Below, piece after piece: positions 37,691 through 49,221 of a stretch of DNA of 64,000 nucleotides. The DNA lies in NCBI GenBank assembly GCA_022813865.1, contig JALDZX010000023.1, positions 124,001 through 188,000 of the forward strand, read 5' to 3'. Every line of letters starts with the position of its first letter. Position 1 is the first letter of the stretch. Position numbers and translations under genes: made by a program. The stretch comes from Xylographa opegraphella. Lineage: Eukaryota. The notes under the pieces are model-generated. The model was not told the DNA's origin. It saw only the letters and a list, made by a program, of their open reading frames with translations, and did no database searches.

Positions 37691-37726
37691 CCCAGCTCGC
37701 ACTCACTTCTTCGTCAGCGCTTAGAT

Positions 37727-39475
37727 ATGAGAACCCCGCAGTCGAATTCCCCCTCACCCAGTGAGAAAAATCAGACAATGGAGATGAGAGGGACTCGATC
37801 AGACATGAACCAAGTCTTTGTGGAAGGAGTGGAGCGTAAGTGCGGGTGTGCTCGAGGTGCATTGTCTACTGACACTCAACTTCCAGCGCCGGCGGAGGTG
37901 AAAAGCAATCAATCTATCACCGTGAGCACGATGGAAGAGTGGGAGAAGGAATTGATGGAAGACCCCAAGGTAGGTTGAAAATCCCTTATACTATATTCGC
38001 CAGCTAATCCTCGTAGAACCGCCTTGCTCTCAATGCCCTCACTACACACGAAGCGAAGAACGTTTTGACCACCCGTTCCGCCACCATCGCTAATTCCCAA
38101 AACTTCAACATCAAGATCGAGCATGAAGGTGCGCCTATTACGAATCAGAAGAGCTCGGGTCGCTGCTGGCTTTTCGCCGCAACCAATGTCTTTCGGGTGG
38201 CCATTATGAACAAGCACAACCTAAAGAAGTTTGAGCTCAGCCAGGCGTATCTCTTCTACTGGGACAAGCTAGAAAAGGCGAACTTCTTCCTCGAGCAGAT
38301 TCTAGATACTGTGGAGGAAGAGTTGGATGGCAGGCTGGTGCAGACTCTGCTTACCGACCCCGTTGGTGATGGCGGGCAATGGGACATGGTTGCGAATTTG
38401 GTGCAGAAATACGGATTGGTAAACACCCTTGGACGATATACTGAGATTTGGAGCTTCTGGCTAACAGTAATGGAAGGTGCCTCACACGCTTTACCCAGAC
38501 TCTTTCAACGCGACGAGCTCCAGCACCATGAATCATGTCATTACAACCAAGCTTCGTGAAGACGCCCTCGAGCTCCGCGCTATGGCGACGAAAAGCAAGG
38601 ACTCCGTAGCTTCCGCAAAGGAGAAGATGCTTCGGGAAATCCACCTCATCCTTACTCTCATGCTTGGCCAGCCCCCAGCCCCGAACAAGGAGTTCACCTG
38701 GGAATTCTACGACAAGGACGAGAAGTTCAAATCCGTCGTCACCTCTCCTGTTCAATTCGCCGCCGAGCTTTCCACCGCAGAGGCTGTCGAAGCGAACGCC
38801 GGGTCCGACGTCCGTAAGCTATTCAGCCTGGTCAACGACCCGCGAAACAAGTATGGCGAGCTTTTGACCGTAGACCGCCTCGGTAACGTTTTCGGCGCTC
38901 GTGGAATCACCTATGTCAACGTCGACATGGCCACCATGAAAGCCGCCTGCATCGCCATGCTCGAAGCCGGCTTGCCCATTTTCTTCGGCAGCGACGTGGG
39001 CAAATTCTCGGAGAACAAATCCGGGATCATGGACACGGATCTCGTGGATTACGAGCTCGGCTTCAACATCCGCCTCGGCATGTCCAAGGCGCAGCGACTG
39101 ATGACAAAGGAGAGCGCGATGACGCACGCGATGGTGCTGACGGCGGTGCATGTGGTGGACGGCAAGAGCGTGCGGTGGAGGGTGCAGAACAGCTGGGGCG
39201 AGAAGGTCGGGTCGGAGGGCTGGTTCGTCATGAGCGATAAGTGGATGGACGAGTTCACGTACCAGGCCGTGGTGGACCCGAAGTGAGTTGGCACGACACC
39301 TATGTGATCGGGCATTTGATACTAACAGCAGACAGATTCGTCTCCGAGGACGTGCGGAAGGTATTGGATCAGAAGCCGGTTGTGTAAGTGCCGCTCCTAA
39401 TCAAGCTCCTTCTATTAAGTACCCTAACTTGTTCGCAGGCTTCCTCTCTGGGATCCCATGGGCGCTCTCGCTTAG
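37727..39475 (+). CDS. LAP3: Bleomycin hydrolase / cysteine aminopeptidase (C1B); start 37727 or 37778; introns 37836-37886, 37970-38016, 38419-38476 and two near 39283-39335 and 39384-39438
   Basis: NQKSSGRCWLFA (Cys), MTHAM (His), QNSWG (Asn), and conserved C-terminus WDPMGALA after splicing. Confidence 0.95.
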
Positions 39476-39830
39476 ACGGTATGACGGTTGGCGCTTCGGG
39501 GCGGTTAGGAATGTTAGGTATCTTTCGTTCATTGAAGAATCCGTCTCGAGCGGTGCGAGACATCCACCGTGCCATCTCGTGTAATCGTCGACGCCGCCCA
39601 TCATCCCTTTATCCTCTATTGTGCCCTCCCACCTGAGTAAGCGGTCAAGACCCGTTTCCTCTACACTCCTCCCCGATCCCCCATTCCCAACCTCATCTCC
39701 GCCTGCCATCCACTCCTCACCAATTCCGCTATAACCGCCCACTCATTCTCCACCTCCGTACTCCCAACCCCGATGACCACCACCCCTAACCCGCTCCGCT
39801 GCGCCACACCACTCCCTCCTCCCCCCCCCC

Positions 39831-39838
39831 NNNNNNNN
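39831..39838. other. Assembly gap (8 N) inside poly-C tract
   Basis: nnnnnnnn flanked by C runs. Confidence 0.99.
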
Positions 39839-39949
39839 CCCACCCCCCCAAACCCCATCCCCTAACCAAAGGCCCGCAAAGACATTCCCTCCCTCCTCCT
39901 CCTCCTCCCATCCCACCCGTCCAATTCCATCCCCCAACCCCCTTGATCG

Positions 39950-39976
39950 GCTCAGCTCAGCTCAGCTCAGCTCAGC
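39950..39976. repeat. (GCTCA)n microsatellite
   Basis: gctcagctcagctcagctcagctcag. Confidence 0.9.
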
Positions 39977-40847
39977 CTTCTCCCTTTCCCCCTCTCCAGC
40001 ATCCTCTCATCGGCGTCTCCCCGCGTAATGCGCGAGGAGGGCGTATGGCTCGTGTCGGGTGGACTGGGCTGGGCTGGGCTGGTCTAGTCTGGGCTCGCCC
40101 GCTCGTGGGGTAAGGCGTGTTAGCGAAGGGCGGGGGGTGGACCGGGGGGGAGATGTGGTCGGGATGGACTGGATCTGGACTTGGACTTGAACGGAAGAGG
40201 TGGGGGTGGGCGAAGGGGTGAGGACGCGATGCGGGCTATCCATCGACGAGCAGGCGAGGGCAGCTCCTATCCTGGAGCGGGGAGGCACATTCCATGGCGG
40301 GAATGGTCAATGGGACACGAGACTGGTGCTGGTGCGGCTCCGCATGGTGCACTGTGGGCTGGAATACCCTCAGTATGGGTGCAAAAAACAGAAGGGTACC
40401 TTATATTACATGTTTGTTCTACCATCAGGACCTTAGGGCAGTGCGTTCAGGGCTGGCTAGTAGGTGGAGGGGTAGTAGTGAAGTACACTTACCTAGGTAT
40501 ACAATCCCGGGGGCTCCGCAGCCTCGAGACGCAGAATGGGAAGAGGGGCAAAATGCTATCTATAGAATATGATCGATTATATATATATATATGTATTTTA
40601 TTTCAAAGTAGCTCAACACATCGAAAGCGGAGGATCAGCCGCGCTGCTCTTTTTGCACGACAAAGCAGGGAGAGCAAAAGGCAACGTGGTCAAGACATGC
40701 TCTTTCTCTTTTTGGATACAACTTTCCATTTTCACCCCATTGTCACACGTCCTCGCACAGTAGCCAGACAGCAAAATAGGACACCGGGGGTATCATAAAT
40801 AAGCGCGAGAGCACAAAAAGAAGCCGGCCACGGGACCGAAAGGCCCT

Positions 40848-41817
40848 TCATATCCCGAGCAGGACGAACAGGAAGCCTAGAGCTCCGGCGGCGCCCGCGT
40901 TCATCCCGGCTGCGGAGACTATGCCGCCCGCTCCGCCGGTGCTGGACGCCGTCGCTGCGACGTGGGTGGTGACGGTGAATGTGGTTGGCGGGATGGTTGT
41001 CCCTGGTATCGTGGTCGCTGGGTCGGTTGTGGCGGTGGGGATGGTGGTGGAGCCCAGCACGACGGGGCTGATGATCTCGGGTGGAAGGGTTGTTGGCTGG
41101 ACGGTGGAGGCGGGCACGGTGACGGTGTAGGTTGCCAGTCCGCCGAGCTCGCTGGCTGGGATGGCGCTGCCCACGCCGGAGCTGGTGAATGGCGTGGGTA
41201 AGGTCAACGTGGACGTGTTGGGTACTTCGGGAGAGTTTGCCGAGCCGTAGATGTTGTCGGTCGTGCCGTTTGGCAGTGTGTGTTGTCCGGTGAGGAGGTT
41301 GGCGTTTGAGCCATCGGAGGTGGTGTAGCTACCGCTGTCGATCGTCCCGTAAGAGCCATCCGGAAGGAAGAAGTTCGTGGTGAATCGGTCCTGTTGATGG
41401 GTCAGCAACTACCACAGTACCTGTTGAGACGTACATACGTAGCAGAAGGGAATGGCGAAGCCTTGAAGAACCAGGCAATCCGTCCCGTTAGCGCCTGAAG
41501 CTGGTCAGCGTGTTGCACACCAACCTCTCTTGCGCGAACTCACAGCAGAAATTCAGTGAACCTGACCTCCGTCCCAGCACATTCAGTTCTTCGGAAGCGC
41601 TCCTTCGACTTGCCGCCGAGATGCCATTGATGGAGTGCAGCAGATCGACATACAGAGTGGACAGCCCCGGACCCAAATTAGGCACAGTAGTAGACGACGC
41701 ACCTGCAGGACTGCACTGACTGTCGCTACCGCCACAGTCTTGCCTCTTCTTTAGACGCGAAGCACAGGATGGAAACACGAGTGAAAGCAAGACCGAGGCT
41801 GTAACAAAGGAGTGCAT
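40848..41817 (-). CDS. Secreted, probably GPI-anchored Cys-containing, Thr-rich cell-surface protein; introns 41495-41543, 41391-41438
   Basis: Signal peptide, KKR site, Cys-containing N-domain, TTIP-type Thr-rich stalk, small residues then hydrophobic tail ALGFLFVLLGI. Confidence 0.85.
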
Positions 41818-42859
41818 ATTAGGGTTCGGAGAGAGGATTGGAAACGAACGACTTAGGAGACGGCAGGTCGGGGATGTCGGAGGGTATCGCACGAAACGAG
41901 TGATGACAGTTGGAGATGTGTCTGAGGAGGACGGAGGATATGCGAAAGGAAGGAGGTACATGAATGCGGAACCTTCGTGCAAGGGTCGCTACTGCCGACG
42001 GCGACCTGCAGTAGCGGGTGGTGTCAAATGTAGCAGCTGCTTGAATAGATTTTTTTAATGATTGCTCTGAAGGTGCTATGTAAAGATGATTGACACTGTT
42101 CTTCTTTGTGTTCATAAAGGGACAAGAGAGCGAGAACACGAGAGACAACACGATAGACACAGAAATTTGGAGCCGTTCTGCTGGGGTGAAGTAGGAAATT
42201 TCAACAAAAGATATCTTGCCCTCTCGTTATCAATACTATCTGATTAGACTGCTTCAATTCGCTGAAGTCCTATTATCACGCAGACAGCGGACTTTGTCCA
42301 TGGTTGGAGAGATAACGAAAGAAGTATCGTTAGTTTCGAGGTTGGCGGCGGGATCGTCATCCCATTGCAAATTGCTACGGATTAGGTGTCTACGTAATAT
42401 GCCTCGTTGTATTTCACAGAAACGGATTGTATCTACGTTATGTTATGTGCATAAGACTGTCCTATAAAGAGGCTCTCATCGTCGGCAACCATAGATGAGT
42501 ATCCCAGGTCTCAACGTTGGAGACCAAGCTAAGGGTTTCTACGGTCACAGGGATAGTAGCGACATGGCCACATATTGGACATAGAGAACTTTCACAGAGA
42601 TCGATCTGGGCAAGAGTGTATAGCACCGGGTCACGAGAGCCATGTTAACTGAGCTGCTGGTTCCGGTAACCCGTCGTATTCATCACTACTAACACATCCA
42701 CGCGGATGTTAGAGATCTCTCGCTACAGTCCCCCTAAACGCCAACAAGATACAGTCTGAAGTCCGATGAAACGCCCTTTGACGCCTCTTGAACGCCTATG
42801 AACCCCTCCTGAATGCCCTCGAACGCTTTCTGGTAGTTTCCTTCGCCACAATGAGACAT

Positions 42860-44305
42860 TTAATCTGTAAAATCGAAGCAGAATGACCTCTCGGTCTCCT
42901 CGTCGCCATCCCGTGTTAGTTTCATTGCTGCGTCTGCGATCTTGAAGATAGTCGCCCTGTACTCGGCATCCTGCAGAAAAGTTGCTTCCAGATAGCTGCA
43001 CACCCTGAGAAAGGCCTCCAGGAGAGCTATCTGCGCATCATCGTGAGCGTAACATTGCCACGGAATTTTCTTACACCCCAATTGGTATCCGAGTTCTGCT
43101 GGGTCCTTGTATATGTCGGGATCCTCACCGCGTCTTTGTCGTTGTCGTTGAGATCGCTTCGCTTCGTCTTTTTGTTCTCCGGAGTATGCGACTTCATCAT
43201 AGTATCGCCCCGCACGACCGTGCCTGTAAAATTTTATACCTCTGATAAAGTGAACGTAATCTTGAAGCACACTTTGAGGGTACACATGTGGCGACTGCGG
43301 GAGGTCTATGCCTTTCAACCTCTCTGTCATACCGACACTCCCCCAGCGTTCACCAAGAGATCTTAATGACGCAAGCATCGATTCTTGGAGTAGGCCATTT
43401 TCCGCTATCAGCGGTGGATGGAGCCGCCAAAGGATTTTAAAGATCTCCCAGTATTTCAGTACAGGTCTAATAGGAAGCCACTGGTTTTTGAAGAGTGCCT
43501 TGCTACATAATCGCGGTAGATGGACCAAATCTTCGGACCACCACGGCGAGGAGCTCACCTTGTGACCCGATCGAAAGCACCATTCCTTATTGACATTCTC
43601 TGCGCTGCGCCGAAGATAGTTGACGATGTGTTGTGAGTTCGGTCTTGCCTCGAATGCAGGATCCCCATCCTTCTTCAGCATATGCGGGTATTTCTCGACG
43701 AGATCTGCGAAGTGATACAACTGTTTCGACTTCTTTGCGTTCAGGTCGGCTTGCCAAACCGTCATCCGTCGCCAATCGCGTTCTTGCCCGTTGATGTCCT
43801 TTGGGTCAAGTTCGTACTGACGAGATAGAAGCGGCCCCAGGTCGGATTCTGATGTGTCACCTAACGATTCACAGATCGCCGGATAGATGGGCAGCACAAC
43901 AAGCTTCCGAGCGATATAGTTCTGCATGGGTCGCATGAGCGACTCCATGGTCGGCAGTTCATGATCTAGGAAGCTTGAGTAAGGTCTCTTCAGAAGGGAG
44001 ACATAGTCTGCCTGAAATTGCCCATACTTCGCAGCAACGCTCTCCCAGAGGGTAACAGTCCTGATGAAGTTCTCTGTCTCCTCACTCCTGAATAATAGGG
44101 AGTTCTCTAGCATCTCCTCACTCTTGGAGAATAGGGTTTTGAAGTACTTGTGCTTGCGAATGCAGTGACAAATCCAATCATCGTCAAGTGCGTAGAGCTT
44201 TGTGACGCGGATGATGTCGAGCTCGTTCAGGACCTTGTTCACTCGCTTTTTGTTCTTCTTGCTAATGCTCTCAATCTCTTTAAGAGCCTCCACAAGGAGT
44301 GCCAT
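42860..44305 (-). CDS. Hypothetical protein (~481 aa), no recognisable domain
   Basis: Long uninterrupted ORF with globular composition; likely ATG at 44305 (MALLVEALKE). Confidence 0.7.
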   Translation of the reverse strand: MALLVEALKEIESISKKNKKRVNKVLNELDIIRVTKLYALDDDWICHCIRKHKYFKTLFSKSEEMLENSLLFRSEETENFIRTVTLWESVAAKYGQFQADYVSLLKRPYSSFLDHELPTMESLMRPMQNYIARKLVVLPIYPAICESLGDTSESDLGPLLSRQYELDPKDINGQERDWRRMTVWQADLNAKKSKQLYHFADLVEKYPHMLKKDGDPAFEARPNSQHIVNYLRRSAENVNKEWCFRSGHKVSSSPWWSEDLVHLPRLCSKALFKNQWLPIRPVLKYWEIFKILWRLHPPLIAENGLLQESMLASLRSLGERWGSVGMTERLKGIDLPQSPHVYPQSVLQDYVHFIRGIKFYRHGRAGRYYDEVAYSGEQKDEAKRSQRQRQRRGEDPDIYKDPAELGYQLGCKKIPWQCYAHDDAQIALLEAFLRVCSYLEATFLQDAEYRATIFKIADAAMKLTRDGDEETERSFCFDFTD

Positions 44306-44713
44306 TGGGTAGCGTATGGTGAAAGATCTGCGAGTGGAATCTCCCAGTCTGGGTGGCAGCTTTCTTAAGCAGGTAGGAAACCAAAGAATGATAAAAGTAA
44401 CGAGATGTGTGTAGAGGTCGAGCGATGGCGAGGTGTGTAGAGGTTTGAGGGATAAGCAGTAAGTCGAGAAACAAGTCAGTTGCTGCAGTTTTATATGAGG
44501 ACGTGAAAAGAAAGCAATGCCATTGTAATCCCTCATCAGACACGAATGGGTCTGTACTGCGGAACAATCGGTCTCTATATCAAGACAAAGAAGCTGAAAG
44601 TCAGGCACAAGAAGAAGGAACAGAGACAGCGCTTCAAGACGAAATAACTAGCCGGTTCATGTGTAATGTGTAGTATATATCGGTTGATGGCTTGTTGGTC
44701 GAAAATTGCTTAA

Positions 44714-44849
44714 GTCAACTTCTCAGATATCGTAACAATGCCATTACTCACGGGTCGAGACCAAATCACCGTGCCGTCAAGTGACATTCGACAAAGCGTC
44801 AACCTCTCAAGTATCGTAACAATGCCATTACTTACGGATCAAGACCAAA
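44714..44849. repeat. Imperfect direct repeat, 52-bp unit at 84-bp spacing
   Basis: 44714-44765 versus 44798-44849, six mismatches by manual alignment. Confidence 0.9.
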
Positions 44850-44951
44850 CGAATCTCCCCATCAAAAGACGCACCCGACGAAAAGCACCTGATCCGCCAT
44901 CCAAAAAGCCCCACCGCCCAAACCGCAATGCTCTCCCACCTCCCTCCCTCC

Positions 44952-45332
44952 TCACCTACCCCCCTTCCCCGCCACCTTCACAAAGCGAACCGTATGGGGA
45001 TCCCTATCCTTGTGGCCAGGACACGCACTATTGGGACAATAATTCGGCGCTGCCATAGCGAGCAATTTCTTGCCGCACGCCACGCACTCGTACGTGTACA
45101 TGCGGCGCTCGAGGCGCTCGGGCTCCGGGTCCGCGTCGCGCGCGGCCAGGTAGCCGGCGTGATAGGCCTCGGCGAGGGCGTGGGGGCTGCGGTCGAAGAG
45201 ATGGCGGGAATGGTGGCTCGCGAGCTCGTCGTGGTCGCGGACGTATAGGGCGTCATGGTCGTCGTGGTGGTGCGCGAGAACGAGGCTGCTGGCGGAGAAG
45301 ATGAGGGGAGTGAGGATGGGGAGGAGTTTCAT
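44952..45332 (-). CDS. Small secreted prepro-protein (126 aa): His-rich pro-region, RR cleavage site, 4-Cys mature domain
   Basis: Signal MKLLPILTPLIFSASSLVLA; HHHDDHD...; DADPEPERLERR; MYTYECVACG..YCPNSACPGH; TATAAA on the minus strand at 45457-45462. Confidence 0.8.
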   Translation of the reverse strand: MKLLPILTPLIFSASSLVLAHHHDDHDALYVRDHDELASHHSRHLFDRSPHALAEAYHAGYLAARDADPEPERLERRMYTYECVACGKKLLAMAAPNYCPNSACPGHKDRDPHTVRFVKVAGKGGR

Positions 45333-48300
45333 GCTGGGGGGTATGGTTCGTGGATAGGTTGGGTGGAGTTTTGGAAGTGTGGTGGTGGTGCTGAGAGGGG
45401 TTCGGTGGAGGGTGGAGTGCTGGTTTGAAGTTGGAAACTCTCGCTGGCCAGCGTGCTTTATAGACAGAAGTTTTGGCGAAGAAGAGAACCAACTCCAGTG
45501 CCACATCAGTCTACCTGTGCAGCATAGAGATATCGATTCACGTAGTTCGCCAGAGCCGTCGGCTTGTCTGAAGAGCCGGCTTATGTTGCAACCATGAACT
45601 TGATACAGACCGAACGGACGAAGGCGCAATGGTTCGGCCTCCCGGATAGACCGTGGAACTGATGACAGCGTATTCTCAACCCAGCTTCATCACTCAAAGC
45701 AGTGGGAAACTACTCGGAGAACAGTACCATTGCTCGCGAGCCCAAGGCGAAGATTCATCTGCAGGTCCCATAGGTGCCAGTACTCTATTGCTCCCGAACC
45801 AGTTTTATTCTTTCCGTAGCCACAACGGAAATAGGAGTAACAAACAGCGTGTGCCCCAATCGAAATGGCATAGGCATCAGAATACATCCTCAGTAGCTTA
45901 CAGTCGCTGGTTCTGCGACCCCGTCAACCAAGTAACGAAGACGTACCGCCCGCGCATTTGACGATTTGTTTCGTTCTTGTTGGTAAGCTTCATCACAGAA
46001 CGTGCCATTGAACTTAGGGTGCGGCGGTGTTGACTCCCGTCGGTAGTAATGGCTCCGCCTACAGCCTGTCAGCAGGCAAAGCGGTACTGATTCGAAGTCA
46101 CGGTGTTCGGGGTAGGTAGATGAGTATCATGTGGTCGTATAACAATGAAAATTGCCGCTCTATTCGGCGGGATCACCACTGGCGACTACCCGACTATTCG
46201 CCTTGGGATGTTGAGTGTGCAATGTAGTACCTTTCGAAGCTGTCATATCTCTTAGATTACCGGCTCAGCGCACGTGCCACGCCACAGTTTTTGTGTGGCT
46301 GATGCCTGACGAAACGCCCGCTAGTTAGACACTAGTCCTAGCCCTGCGCGATGATGCGTCAGATTCGCTCGTATAGATTCACTGCCCAGAAATCACGATG
46401 ACCGCCTCCACGACTCGATGCGAAGAAAGTCGGTCATATCGGGACCTCCATGAGGTGGAAAGTATCCTAGGTAGGTAGTGAGGCTACCGCCAATGCTCTA
46501 TGCGGACTGAATGCTGAAGCTTCCCCAACCGAGACTCCAAGCACGAAGCCAGCGTTCTGCTCCGCGCCCGATATGGCTCACGCCCCGCCCTTTGGCTAGG
46601 TACGCTGCTCTTCCCATGGCTACGGACTTTCGTTTCAATCGGCCAGTCTCCCTCTCGGTTGAGATAGTCCCATCACCACGTCACGGCGTCTTCGGCATGG
46701 GATCTGCACCTGAGGCATCAGCGTCCGGAGCCTAGACCGGGCCACAGCGACGGATAGACGGACAGCATCCACCGTTCGCCACCGCCTATCCCATTACCCA
46801 TCCACTTCCAGATGCGTCTTTCTCTTCAAGTCCCTATACCTCAAACCGGAGGTCTCTCCGTCGCTGACCAGCTCTCTGCTTTTGCCCCTGCTTTCCCCTT
46901 CCACGAGCTTCAGACTCTTCCGTCTCTGCTTCAGCGCCCACTCAGTGTTCCCATTCAGTCCCCGGAGCGACCTCCTGTGGACCCTGGTCTGCTCCAGCAA
47001 CCAAAGCACAAGGGTCTCGTTGGCCTACAGGACGGGCGTCGACGGCTCGCCCGCTGCAGTAGCCGCTACAGCTAGCCTCCAACACGAGCCTAGCAAGCCG
47101 ACGGCCCAACACCGGCGGCGGCGTGGGGGAGCGGCTTGGTGCAGCAGGAAGACGTCTCCATGACGCAGCGGGAAGAGCGCAGTCCGGAGCCTTGATCCGT
47201 GAACGACCGCAGGAGCGAGCGGAAACGCAGTCCATCGGGGACGATGAGGGCGGGAACGACGATGGCGGGACGAGCGATGGCCATCGAGCCCTGCCCCACG
47301 TCCAATGCCCCCCATGATGGAAAGCAGTCACTCGGCCTTTGAATTTCTCGTACTTCTCCGAAATGGGTACGTACCTACCTACTCACACCAGGCAGACAAG
47401 CAGACATAGCAGGCCTGCGAATCTCACGCCCGGCGGGACCATCTCACCTTAGCTGCACGATACTCGCGCCGCGGGCCACGGATCACGGCCGAAGGGGGCC
47501 CATCTCGACGACTTTCCTTCCCGCCCAGCCACAGAAAGCGGAGCTAAGGATGAACGCACACGCGCGCAGCAGAGGGGCCAACCAGCGCGTGTGCGAGCCA
47601 AGACACAGCATCTAGACCTCTCTCTCTCACTCGCTCTCTCTATCTCGCAGCAGCAGGAGTCGGTCAAAACGGCTGGCGATCGACCGATCGGGGGCTTTTC
47701 CCATCTGCGCAAACGCGTTCAGGCACTTGCAGGACGAGAGATACGTGGCGCAGAAACCTTGGACGCGGCGTTTTTTGACGGGCCACGGGTGGCGACTTCT
47801 CTCTGTTTCTGACGAATGAGGGGGCCTTTGAATGGGTGGTTCTCTAAATCCGCCGCAACGGTCGCGAAGGCCCTCCCAAACCAAATAAAAAAGTGCGATG
47901 TGCGGGATCTACGACCTTACTCCGGCCACGATTTGGATCTGTAGACGCCCGCACGAGTGCACGTCCCCTCATCCACCCCCCGCTCGGGCACCATCCCACC
48001 CTGGGCTTGGCAGGGGTTTGGACTGCATCGGTGCTTTGAGGACAAGTACCTTCACGACGACAGAGTGCTGCCATGACAAAGAGACCCATTGGGCGCGGAA
48101 CGAGAGCGTCGAGTGAAGAGCGAGGGTGCTACGTTTCTCAATTGGGCTTGGATCAAGTATCAAGGGAAGCACTCAAGCGGAAACAAGCAGAGATTCACAT
48201 TTCCGCCGTGGATATCACCCCCGAACAGATAACATTAAAATGCTCCGACCGTACTTGAACGGCCCTTTTCGCGTTTCACCCAAACCAATATGCCCTGCAT

Positions 48301-48411
48301 TATGGCCGTCATCAGAAACTCCCCTAACCCAGACCCGACCGCCGGGGCCTGGACCGAAAGTGTGATCGTGGTAACAGGTACAGTGAAAGTGAGAGTTGCA
48401 CAGGATGCGGG

Positions 48412-49221
48412 TCAATAGTGATAGAACTCCTCCTTTTCCACCGGCTCCGTGAAGAACACATTGTTGACCAGGTACGCGCCGTTGCTTGGATACTCGGCCA
48501 TGACCGGCACCCAGAGGTCCGGGCCGGCACCGATGCTGGACAGCTGTGCTATCCACGCTTCCGACGCGTCGTAGCTGACGGGCGAAATCGAGCTCTTGCT
48601 GGACGACAGGCTCGGCGTCTGAGGCGGCGCATCCGTCCACCCTTCCTCCTCCACCTGCTCTTCCTCCTCCGTACACGCAACGCTCGAGTCGGCGTCGGTG
48701 CCCATGACCCCGATCCTCTCGAGGATCTCGTGCACCAGCGGTTGCCGGTTCTTGTCCAACTGGACATGCGGGCCTGGCCACGATTGGTGCTGTATCACGT
48801 GCTGGTACAGATGCTGGAGACCTTGCGACAGCTGTTTGTGCTCCATCGACAGTACTTTGACGTCCCTAGCCGTCGGTCAGCGCCAGCGAACGACAACGGA
48901 GCGCAACGGACACCGGATTTACTCTTTGGAAAACGCTTTCTCGGGAGGAGGGACGCGTCTGGTCGCATTGCAAATGGCATTGTCGTTGTTGCAACGCTGG
49001 CACGGTTGCCGTCCATCACACTGTCCGATGTTCAGCCCACTGTCACATGCCTCTGCCCTCGGCGGGTGGGCGAGGGTGGGGGGGTTCACCTTGCACTTCT
49101 TCAAGCGGCATCGATCGCACGCTCTGCCGACTCGGGGGATGTTTCGTCGTTTGACCTCGCGCTTCTCGGCGATGGCAGTAGGCATGGAGAGGCGGAGGGA
49201 GTCTTGCTTGTGGTCCGACAT
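48412..49221 (-). CDS. Short Zn(II)2Cys6 transcription factor (Fcr1-like architecture, ~227 aa); introns 49021-49089, 48866-48922
   Basis: Spliced ACDRCRLKKCKCDGRQPCQRC..NAIC cluster, then QLSQGLQHLY and PLVHEILERIG blocks as in Fcr1-like C6 factors. Confidence 0.88.

Noticed and set aside
39780..39870. CCCTAA words as telomeric repeat
   Set aside because: Isolated single copies in C-rich tract, not tandem arrays.
42200..46700. Transposon or Starship element around the orphan ORF
   Set aside because: No transposase, reverse transcriptase or tyrosine-recombinase motifs and no terminal repeats identified.
45650..48300. Many 60-130 aa ORFs in GC-rich DNA
   Set aside because: No coherent gene model or family motif; expected by chance at this GC level.
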